A DNA stretch of 64,000 bases from Histomonas meleagridis 2922-C6/04-290x (Eukaryota; Protista; Parabasalia): contig JAANOX010000266.1 of the NCBI GenBank assembly GCA_020184695.1, forward strand, positions 1 through 64,000, given 5' to 3'. Position 1 is the first letter of the stretch; each line of letters begins with the position of its first letter. The notes below the pieces were generated by a model. It ran no database searches. It was not told the DNA's origin and saw only the letters and a program-made list of their open reading frames with translations. Made by a program: the position numbers and the translations under genes. Shown here piece after piece: positions 35,961 through 47,028 of this stretch.

Positions 35961-36481
35961 CATAAAACAATAGAAATCAATAAATATTACAACATTCATT
36001 CACACCATCTTTGCCAAATTTAATTTTTATTCAAAAAAAAACATGACGAAAATTGTAAATTATCCATAATGAAATCGAATTTAAATATTTTCTCATATAA
36101 CAAATTGAGAGCCAATTTTTGAATGGAAATCACATCTAATTCAAATTCTCCATTATAATTGAATCAGGTATTCACTTTTTGAAAAGGTAGTATTCAAATT
36201 TTTCACGGTTGTAGGATAGTATCGGAAATTCTCAAAAAACATTTGAATTAATGAGTAAACTATTCGATTCAAAATTTTCATTCTCCTGATATAGATTATA
36301 CATCATATCAAAATATGATTTTCATTTATATTTGATGAATTAATATAAATATTCATGAAATTGATTTATTATAAGATGACAGATTAACGTCCATTGGAAC
36401 TTTTTGATTCATTTACATCACGACTTTTTGTGATATTTACATTATTGACTTTTCGTTATGTTAATTCTCTGATCATCTGTA

Positions 36482-36558
36482 ATGGGGTGTCCCCATACAA
36501 AATTCTCAAAAAGTGGATCGGATAAACTACAGTATATGACCCACTTTTTGATAATTTT
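36482..36558. repeat. Two adjacent hairpins
   Basis: atgggg-tgt-ccccat (36482-36496), then a 21-bp imperfect stem aaaattctcaaaaagtggatc / gacccactttttgataatttt (19/21 paired). Confidence 0.8.
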
Positions 36559-37259
36559 AATACGAATTTTTATTTCCTTATTGCGAAATTACTTATTTGA
36601 TATATCTTGAACATTGATTATTAATGTATGAGTCCATTCAAAAAGTGGAAAATATGAAGTCGTACGGATTTCCTCGTGCAACAGTGTTGTTATCAGTAGT
36701 ACCTTGTATGACTGCAGATGTTAGTATATGCGAAAACAAAATAAATATAAACAAAAACATTATTTCTTCAATATCTTAATAAATGAGTAAAATACAAAAA
36801 ATTTCAAAATGCATATTTTTTGAAATCATTAGAAATTATTGAAACATATTCAAATTAAAATATCGTTAACTATCATCATCAAGTATATAAATGAAACAAA
36901 AATGTAATATTTGAAGATTATAACGTGGCATAAGTGATTTTTCTCAGAATAAAACAAAATGTACTACCTCTACTACATTTTGAAATTTCGGCATCAGAGA
37001 ACTCATAGAATATTTTCAATTGATATAAAAATTGTTAATTTTGAATATTTATGCCAAAATTGCGCGGGATTTTAAATACATTTAAAAATAATTTATTTTT
37101 TATGATGTTTTCATCCATACCATTCCATTTATCCAACATACACTATCTAAACATAGATTACATGAACATAGATTTATGCATTGATCACCCCATTTCATCA
37201 CATCTCATCATCCCATCACTTATCACATTCCATGTGGTCATTCTTGAAATCAAGTCTCT

Positions 37260-38410
37260 TGATAAGTTTGTTTTCGAATTAAAAACCTTATGCAACGTTT
37301 CAGAATGGTTAGTACACCTTGCAATATGTAATGGTGAACGAATCCAAATTGCTCATTTTTCAACATTATATAATGGATGTTCTGTGTTTTGATCCACCAT
37401 ACACTGAACGTCGGTGATTTTCTCAGGAATAGATTCTGGATCTTGTTGTTAAATACAAATTTTGATTTCATTTGCAATTTGTACTGATTCGATCAAATAT
37501 TTATCTTCAGTAGTGCATTCTAATAGCCTTTGCACCCAATTTCGAAAAGACCGCCTCGAATGATAAACGGTCGTTTTAAAAACTTAATTTTTTTTTTTAT
37601 TTCATCGACAACAATAGAAATATGGATTTGTTGCTTTGAATGAGGCATCCAATTGTATATATTGTGTTTCTGCTATTCTCTTGGGACACCATTCACAAAC
37701 CCATGTAATTCTTTGGAGTTCAGTTTCATCATCCAGTTTCAATCCATTTTCAGAACTGTTTTGGACAACAAGTTCTACACAGGTAATCCACTGATAAGCT
37801 CATCTAGCCTTTGTTTAATACTCATTTTCGTTGTAGTTCTACAACCATATGTTCCTGGTTTCCTGAAAACCCCTCTGAATACTGCGTTCAAAATGTGGCT
37901 TGGAGCATTGTCTACTCTTCCAAAATATCGACCAAATTGGATTAGTGGGTGCGTATCCGGTTTTTCAATTGTCCATTTATTTTTCATTACATAAAAATAC
38001 TCCATTTTCTTACTTATATTAAACCAATTTGTGTGATTTTTTAAATATACCTTTTGATTTTCAGTCCATTTGATACATATATTTCAAAAACAATGATATT
38101 TCCTTCGTAAATTTCGATAAGCTTATCAAAGCCATCCTTTCTTGATCTTATTATCTTATTGCAAACAAAGGTATTTGTCATGTAGGATAAAAAGTTCAAA
38201 AGTTTGAATATGTCCCAGCCTTTGGAAACAATAATTTCATGCTTACGGTGGTATGATATGATATCATTTGGATTCTTTCGATGGATTATATATGAATTCG
38301 ATATTTCTTTCGGATTTTCATCTTTCTCTATTTCGAAAATAAACCGGCTTTTTTGTAAAGCATATGTAAATATCTCAATACCAGAAATTTACTTATCCGA
38401 AGCAAGACAA
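37260..38410 (-). pseudogene. Decayed Mutator-like (MULE) transposase
   Basis: Frameshifted minus-strand translation gives LQRITWVCEW...QYIQLDASFKATNPY (first catalytic Asp region) and RCTNHSETLHKVFNS (TNxxEsxH-type motif). Confidence 0.65.
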
Positions 38411-38431
38411 TGTTTTTGTTAAGCAGATGAT

Positions 38432-38868
38432 TTATTTTGTAGATGTGTCACTTTTCGGATATTTACTTTTGTAAAACAAGCCAAACAAATAGCAAACAGC
38501 TGTAACATTATTATTTTCTTCATTAATTTTAACAAATTCTTCATATAGAGTCAATACTTTATCAATATCACTAAACATTTGAATTAAATAAGCATTATTC
38601 ATAATATTTGATCCTGTAATAATATCACTTACTAATATATCATTTATTAAAACAAGATTTTTAATGCTGTTATCTAAAGGATTAATTATTATACGATTTT
38701 TTCCATAAGTATATATAAATGATTTATCTATACTATCTATCGTTAATGAACATATACCATTGCTAATAGTATCTGCTGTTTTGCTATGATTAGAATATAC
38801 AACACTATTTTTAATTTAATAATAATTTTTACTATATTTTCTAATATTTCGTATTGTTGAAGTGTCAT
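38432..38868 (-). pseudogene. Virus-like cassette gene Y, copy B (5' frameshift)
   Basis: Open from ~38815 to TAA at 38432; homologous to 34438-34860. Confidence 0.7.
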
Positions 38869-38907
38869 TTTATTATATAATAAATGAATATTTTTATTGT
38901 TAATAAA

Positions 38908-39705
38908 ATGTTAAGTGAAAGACAACTTGATTATCGAGTGTCTGAATTATCCATAGAAGAAAATTATACTAATTTAGATATAGAAGAATATGAAAGAGAT
39001 TTAACGTATGTAAATAGAAATGTTGGTTATAATACATATCGTTACCCACAACGTTGGTTAGAGTCTCCTAGTCAGAATAAAGTAGTTGGAATAAGAAGAC
39101 TTGATATAATACCTACTTCTTACGTAATTTCATTGAAATGTGTTATTAAAGATGGAACAGAAAACCCACCAGAAACTATTGTTAATATTCAAATTATGAG
39201 TCATAATACTTTATTAGAAATAATTATATATTTAATCAATTCTCTTAATGAAGCGTTTACTAATGATCCCGGTTTTGAATACTTATATAATGAAAAAGGA
39301 GAACTTATGATTAATTGTGATTATGAATTTAAGTTTGTTGATCCTATTAATGGCGCATATGATATAAATATAAATAATTTCTTAATATTCTCAAATCAAG
39401 ATACTACAAACGATAATTATAGTATATTAAATAATTTCTTTAATGGTAAATCCTTTACTAATGTTTGGAATAAAGTATATTTTAAATTCCGTGCATCATT
39501 CAGTGATAGTAAAAGAAGATTTATTGGTGTTAAAGGTGATTTTTATGAAACAATAAATGTTGTATATAATGCTCCTTCTGACGGATTTACTTTTAATATA
39601 AAATTTACATTTGATGGAAAGAATCCTATATATCCTATTTATTGTAGATTTATCATACAATTAGTATTCATGTATAATTATAAGAAAACAATAGTATTAA
39701 AATGA
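38908..39705 (+). CDS. Virus-like cassette gene X, copy B; beta-rich, possibly jelly-roll (minor capsid-like)
   Basis: Intact ORF; ATG 38908 matches the copy A start; C-terminal FTFNIKFTFDGKNPIYPIYCRFIIQLVF resembles the C-terminal strands of Polinton minor capsid proteins (inference). Confidence 0.6.
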   Translation: MLSERQLDYRVSELSIEENYTNLDIEEYERDLTYVNRNVGYNTYRYPQRWLESPSQNKVVGIRRLDIIPTSYVISLKCVIKDGTENPPETIVNIQIMSHNTLLEIIIYLINSLNEAFTNDPGFEYLYNEKGELMINCDYEFKFVDPINGAYDININNFLIFSNQDTTNDNYSILNNFFNGKSFTNVWNKVYFKFRASFSDSKRRFIGVKGDFYETINVVYNAPSDGFTFNIKFTFDGKNPIYPIYCRFIIQLVFMYNYKKTIVLK

Positions 39706-39760
39706 ACAAAAATAATATAAGCGTCATATAATGACAGCGGGTCTAAAGACCTTAATATTT

Positions 39761-41969
39761 TTATGATTCGATTAATGTTTTTATAGGATCTTCACTCTCT
39801 GAACATATATTTTTATATTTATTATTAACATGATATATATATTCATTATCAATATTTTTGGCAATCCAATTATCAGCTGATTTAATATATATTTCTTTAA
39901 ATATATGTTCTATCTTAAACTGACCTAATTTATCGCCAATATATCCTAAGTTTTGTAATTTGATATAATTATCTTCAGATATCAATAAAGAATCAACTTT
40001 TGAATAATATACTTTAGATATTAAACTTTTAATATGATTCATTTTATCATTAAAATTATTTAATACTGATCTTGCAAATTGTGGATAAGTAAAGTGTTCT
40101 CTATAAGGTTTTATTGTATATACATAGTTATCTTCATCATATTTAATAACATAAGGTGCAAATTCTTCAATATATTTATCAACATTAGTCTTTAACTTTT
40201 TATTAAAATTAGGTGGTTTTCTAATAGATGTTCCCCAACAACTATTCATCATAAATTTTAATGTAGTAGCCAATTTATCATTACTAGACTCATTAGCTTT
40301 TATTCTTAAGTTATATAATACTTTTATAAGTTGCTTTATTTTATTATTTTCTCCTTTAAAAGCACCGTTATCATCTGGTTTACCTGTAGGTATTGATATT
40401 ACAGATGACATATAAGCACCGTTTAAATCTATATAATAATATTTCCCAGTTAAATGTATTTGTTGCCATATAATTTTAGGAAATATACATTCATTACGTA
40501 TTTTATTAGCAATATCATTTGATATTTCATATACACCATCAAAACACCCATATTCATACATTATTTTTAACATTAAATCAGTATATCTATAGTATTTGAC
40601 AACATCTATTTTATGAGATGAATTTTTAGTTATATTTACATCTATTAAATGTTGTAATTCATTAATTCTGTATTTTATTTCTTTATCATCATCTAATTCA
40701 TAACCAAATAACTTTTTGCCGTGTTTCATTCTTTTAACAAATTTAGGTATAAACTTTTTATCAGCCACGGCTACTAGCCTGTAGCTGTTATATGGTTTAT
40801 TCACTGTTTTATAACTCCAGCATAATTTATTATAAGTATTAATATCCATAGGTTTTGATAAATTACTTTGTTCCATAGTATCAATTAAATAGTATATAGA
40901 TATATATTTATCAGTATATTCATCCGAAGTATTCAAGCCAATAAATTGGCGTTCTATAGTATTATTTTTACTATAATTTTTGATACTGTCAATAGATATA
41001 TTAACACTTTCATTTAACATATAATGATTATATATAATTATTAATTTTATAGTTTTATCATATTGTTTTTCCATAATCTCTGTGAGTAAAATCTTTATTA
41101 GCCATATATCTAATATTAATAAGAATTTTTTTAATAAATTAGATATATCTTTTTAATTGTTATAAAGGAACTGTTCTAGTATTTATAAAAGATCTTAACA
41201 TATTAATTTCGTTATCTGTAAATAAATTGCTAGCAATAAATGATTGTATCAAACAAGACTCATTGATATGTTCATTGTTGACGTTATTGAAAATACCATA
41301 TTTTGTAAGATCTATATTAGTAGTATTAATATAAGGGAAGAATCCTGGATTAACTCTCTTACCGTACTTTAAATCTTTAAATTCAAATTTTATAGATTTA
41401 ATATTTTTAAAGGTTTCTAATGCTAAAGTGTTACTGTCACTAATATTATCTTTTTCATTAATAATATCATATAAGAAGTTAACTGTATTCATATTTCCAT
41501 GATAGTAAGATATATTATTATCATCACTAATTACAGTCATTCTAATATCTTTATTTATCTTAGCACCAACTGCCTTTATAGCATACATTAATGCATATAA
41601 TATATCTTCTTTATTACTAAGGTCTTTGTTGTAAGTAAAATCTTTCTGAGTCATTAATTTTTTAATTAATTCTTTAGTTATATTGTTAATGGATTCATTC
41701 TGTTTTACAGGTTTCTCTACATGTTCATCTTCAGATAATGCTATATTATAATAATCATCAAATGGATTTTTATATATATATTTACTACGTTTATTGTGTT
41801 TTATTTTATATTGCAATTGATTAACTGATAAACTAACATTTTGATTACTCATTTCATCATATACCTTATAAATGGTTTTAGTATTAATATGTACAAAATT
41901 GTCTGGTAGTGTATAACCATACTTATTGAACAGTTCTATCATCTGTTTTGTTGTTAGCTTCCTTGGCAA
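39761..41969 (-). pseudogene. Compact family-B (protein-primed-type) DNA polymerase, decayed, with putative N-terminal OTU-like domain
   Basis: Motif A YYIDLNGAYMSSV, motif B KFMMNSCWG, motif C YYSKVDSLLI, then GDKLGQFKIE; the two ORFs join via two in-frame TAA (41160, ~41140) and one frameshift (~41070); start codon is TTG. Confidence 0.8.
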
Positions 41970-42059
41970 TATATTTATATAAAAATAAAAAAATAAATTT
42001 TATATAAAAAAATATATTTACAAAGAAAATATATAACACAGATGTTTTATATGGTTAAA

Positions 42060-42164
42060 ATGTTTAATAAAATTAAAGATTATACTATATCATCATATGA
42101 TTATGCACATTATTATAGAATATATGTAAACCTACCTGGACCACCTAATTTAAATATTGCTTGA
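42060..42164 (+). pseudogene. Virus-like cassette gene Z, copy B (34-codon remnant), divergent from PolB
   Basis: MFNKIKDYTISSYDYAHYYRIYVNLPGPPNLNIA* homologous to 33297-33569. Confidence 0.7.
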
Positions 42165-43725
42165 AAATCTACTTTTGTCTTTCTTCTAATTAATTTTTTG
42201 CTTGTTCCTCTCTTTCTTTCGAATTTTTATGATCGATATCTAATCACATCAAATTACAAATAATATCATTGATAATGATGAAATTTATATTTTATATCAT
42301 ATTTTATTACAATAAAATTTTATTTACTAAAAATATTCTTCTTGTAATTTTTATATACATACCTTTTTGCAATTAGGCTCAGCAAATGGGCTTCAATAAC
42401 GGAAAATACAATGATTTTGCGTACTTAATTTTTGTTGGAGTAATATGAAATTTAATATTTCCCCAACGGTTAAAAGTGGGCAATTTTTAATAACCGATAT
42501 CATAGGTGGTTACACTTATAAAAAAATGCAAATATCTCGTCAAAAATAGTTGTCGAAATTTTTGGTCTTAATATAAAAAAAATATCTATACTGTAGAAAT
42601 AATAAATTTAAATTATCAAATAAATTTATTATTAAATTTCTTAAAAATATAAGCTTTAAATCTTATAAAAAAAATGATTTCACTAATTTTTAACATAATA
42701 ATAATGCAATTTGTCATATTTTTCGGAGGAGAATATGGTGAACTTAGTCACGCCCAATGGGAATGTGTAGTTATAAAGATATAAAATTGTTATGTTGAAC
42801 AAACAAAAATACCGAATTACTTACCGACACAATGTGTCATTTTTGTGATTTTTTTCAATTTATTCGATGTCTTTGATCTATAGTTAGAGTATCTTTTAAA
42901 ATCTGATGACAAATTTATAGATATTTTTCAAAATAGTTTCCTATATACATTGCATCATCTATTATATATTATGTTTTATATATTATACGTTGCATGTTAT
43001 AAAGTGTATTAGATAACCAAAAACAAAGACTTCTGAACATTTCAGTTAATACATGTCGACTTTTTGAGTGTAAAATATACTTTTTGAATGCCGGAGCGGT
43101 TATTGCAGTTATAATGAAATTTGCTACGAATTTATATGAAAATTTAAAAAATTGACGAAATCGACCACATAAGATATAAACCGGCTTTTTCTAAAATAAT
43201 CTTATTATAGTAATTTGCCTACATAGAAATACTCTTTAGAGAAAATTGAACGCCTTTTAGATTAAATTAAACGACTTTTAGATAATTTTTTATACCATTA
43301 ATTATTATTCATGAATGAAGAAGTCCAAAAATCCAATACCAGAAAAGTACTTTTCTGAAGTCCAAGCGATAAATGTATTGAAAATATTCTATGAGTTATT
43401 TGATGCAGAAATTTCAATTATAGGTCATGCAGACAAAAAAACGTCATTTTCATAATATCTTTAAAATGTAGCAAAATTTTGATATTCCGAATATATGTTA
43501 TTAATATATTACTTATTATTTTTAAATATGGTATTTTTTTTTTAGATATTATGATAAAATTAAAAAAAATTCATTTGAATTGGAAGATTTTATATTTTTA
43601 GTATGAACGATGAGTTTCGTACAAAAAATAAATATCTGGAAAGTTATTTAATCATATGGTTAAATTTTGATATTATTGGATTGATAGTTTTTGTAAAAAG
43701 TTTGAATTAATCATGGATTATGACG

Positions 43726-45298
43726 GATTTATTGGACCGTTAATTGAATGGAGCTCCCGAATTTTGAAGGAATTGAACGTATCGGATTTTTCGATGTCGT
43801 AAACCATGCAAATAAAACATGTTTTTCAATGCTTATTCAATTATTTTCATGTTTGTAAAAAAATATTTGCTCATTCAATTGTGTTTCAATAAAAATATTT
43901 TCGCATAAAATATTCTATTAAAATAAAAAATGACATACGATACAAAAATTCGAATTTTTTTGAAAATTCTTAATATTATGACGAGGAAATTGAATTGATT
44001 CAATTTTCAATCAACAATTGGTATCGTTGCATTCATCAATTGATATGTTTTGAAATTCGATGCTAGTCTGCAATAAAAATCGATAATTTGTGCGATTATA
44101 ACGAAATCAAAATTTATTAATGAAAAATGTCGTTATTATTTATACGACCAGTTAATTATGAATAAACATTTTTCAGATGATACTTATATAATGACCTCAT
44201 ATTTATGTAATCCCTCTTTTCCATTTACATATATAAATTAAAATACGATTAACACAATGATTAATATAATACAGCCAATATATCATCACAAACTATATAT
44301 TTTTATGTATTTTATTAATTATATATAGTTGTTCAGCATTATAACGATTTATGTATTTTAATTTTCGAATAATAAAATTCATGTTGTAAATAACCGATTA
44401 TATTTTCTATTAATATCGTTTGATTTTCATTATATAATACAATATATCACATGCAAAATATATATATCATCATGTGAATATTATATTATTATATAAAGTT
44501 GAATATTCTATTAAACATATTATTATTGCCAATTTAAAACATTTATTGTGACGAAAATATTCTTATCAATTAAAAATTGTAAATATTGACATATTATTTT
44601 CATTATATTCAGAAAATAATTGTTCATGTTAATGAATATATTATTCATATATTGAAAATTTAACGATTCATTAAATGGCTCAATTTTGATCCGTGTTTTA
44701 ATTATGGTATTGATCAAAATTTATTTATTTTCGATACGTAAATAGGTTTATGATATCTAATTTATATAAAATGTATCATATAATCTCATTAAAAATGGAA
44801 TATCGTATTCAAGTCGAATAACATTATGACGATGAATACATATTTGATTTATTGCATCGAATATTCATCTAATTTTCGCGTAAATATTTTTTTATATGAT
44901 TTGATATTAATATGAACATGAATTAACTTCGGTATAACATATGCGATCAGATGCTGGATCTTCACCGAATTACGTTTTTACTATTTCGTATTAAATTCGT
45001 CAAATTTTATTCCATATCAAAATTTAATGATTAATGCAACGATACGGATTGTTGATTGAAAATTGAATCAATTCAATTTCCTCGTCATAATATTAAGAAT
45101 TTTCAAATTCGAATTTTTGTATCGTATGTCATTTTTTATTTTAATAGAATATTTTATGCGAAATTATTTTTATTGAAACACAATTGAATGATAATTGAAA
45201 AACATGTTTTATTTGTATGGTTTACGACATCGAAAAATCCGATACGTTCAATTCCTTCAAAATTCGGGAGCTCCATTCAATTAACGGTCCAATAAATC
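43726..45298. mobile_element. Non-autonomous long-TIR element, copy 2 (inverted relative to copy 1)
   Basis: TIRs ~43726-44050 / ~45013-45298; interior is reverse-complement homologous to 26750-27690; no TSD found. Confidence 0.9.
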
Positions 45299-46511
45299 AG
45301 ACAACCGTCAAAAATCAATTCAAAATCAAAAACGATAGAATATTGAAATTTTGTTACGCATCGAACAACGACCACAATTGTATATAATGTGTATTGTTAT
45401 CAAACTAAGATTCCTTTTTTGTAATCCCAAATAAATAAATTTGTGATGTACAAAATGTAGTATTAAAAAATCATATTTTGGCATCGAGGATTAATAATAT
45501 GAACAGAATAATCTAATTTTTCGAGAACCGCATGATTTGACTAGGTCTGTCAATCATATCACTATAAAAAAAAATAAAAATAATCTCATCTATATTATAT
45601 TTTTTGAGAAATCGTATTTAGACGTCGTAACGGTCGCCTGTTCTCAAAAATGATTACTTCATTCATAGAAATTTTAAGAAAAATTCCTATTATTGTCATT
45701 TAACACCACAGTGTTATGCTGTGATATTAATGATATTAATAAAGATCAAATAAATATAATTCTATGTTAATCTTCATCATAATAAATAGTAATTGGGCCA
45801 GTGTAAGCAGCCGAAACTAATGTGATTATATAACGTTTCTAAAATGATAGATTGCTTCTTTCAGAGCCACCTTTGTTTGTAATGAAAAGATTTGAATAAA
45901 TATCAGTGTGTGTATTTGAGGAAAAAGTAATAATTTGATAATATTTACCATCATTCAATTTCCCTTCTATCGTCACTTATCGTTGCCTCTATCGTTCAAC
46001 ATAAACCATGCAAAAGTCGATTTCTGTCACTTTTGATAATGAAAGAATAAATTTATCTTGTGCTAATCAAGATATAATTCTAAGTTCTTTATTAATCATA
46101 AATGTATATATTATATATCCATAATATCAAAATCGTAGAATGATCGCTATATACGAATTGCTGAAAACGGAAGTCAATTTTATATTCATGTATTAGAAGA
46201 TTTGATGAAGATAGATATTTTGATAGAAGATATGCAAACAAACATAGGCAAAAAAAGTTGTGAATATCATTGAAAATAAATTTTTTATTTATCTCTAAAT
46301 GTAAATTAATAAAATTATTTAAAGCTTTAATCAATAAAGATCAATATTATCACTGATTTCGGAAACAAGGGAAAATCAATAAATTATGCAATTTTCTCAA
46401 ATATTTATTTTTTTATGCATATTGTAATAAAGACAAAATTCTAATGATTTACACATGACTAAATAATACTAACGGTCTTCCTTGGGAGTGTATACAATAT
46501 TTTTTATTTTT

Positions 46512-46590
46512 TATATGTTTATTAGACTTGTCCAATAAACATATAAACTTATTAGACTTGTCCAATAAACATATAAACTTATTAGACAAG
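46512..46590. repeat. Palindromic 30-bp tandem repeat
   Basis: ttattagacttgtccaataaacatataaac repeated ~2.3 times, preceded by tatatgtttatt (reverse complement of aataaacatata). Confidence 0.85.
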
Positions 46591-47028
46591 TATATTAAAT
46601 TTGTTAATTTTAAACAACTTCATATATATTATGGAAATATTATACATCACCTAGCTATTTAGATATTTAGAACTTTTCATTCTGGCTTTAACTTTTATCA
46701 AAATAAATGAAATTAATATTTTTATTTATTTTTTTAAAATAAATATATTTAATAATTAAAAATTATTAGTAAGTTCATTATCAAAATATAAAATAACTTA
46801 CATTAATAATATCAAAGTTTATACAAATGAAGACAAATATTTACTTATTGACTTATGTTAATTAATTTGGTTTTTTGTCTGGTTTTCTGTTGAAACTTTA
46901 AATTTTTTCTCATTCTAACGCATTAATAATATTAATAAAATTCATATTAAAGAATTAATTTTGTCTTTTTGTTTGGTTTTGCGTTCAAATTTCGACATCA
47001 TTTTTATTTATTTGATTTTTTAATATTG

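Larger units (their letters stand above)
32185..36232. mobile_element. Interval bounded by degenerate ~140-bp inverted repeats, containing the ISL2EU-like transposase and cassette copy A
   Basis: 32185-32335 (caaccgt..aaatttgagtat..caaaaagtgga..ggagaaattgaa..ttggctctcaatt) is reverse-complement similar to 36090-36232. Confidence 0.55.

Noticed and set aside
316-41969. Alternative genetic code (TAA/TAG reassigned), suggested by in-frame stops in GT47, Hsp70, gene Y, PolB and the transposase
   Set aside because: Conserved housekeeping genes end at TAA exactly where homologs end and contain no internal stops; the interrupted genes also carry frameshifts or TGA stops
44523-44717. Short ORF inside the long-TIR element as a transposase
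   Set aside because: 64 aa, no DDE motif, and the homologous frame in copy 1 is disrupted
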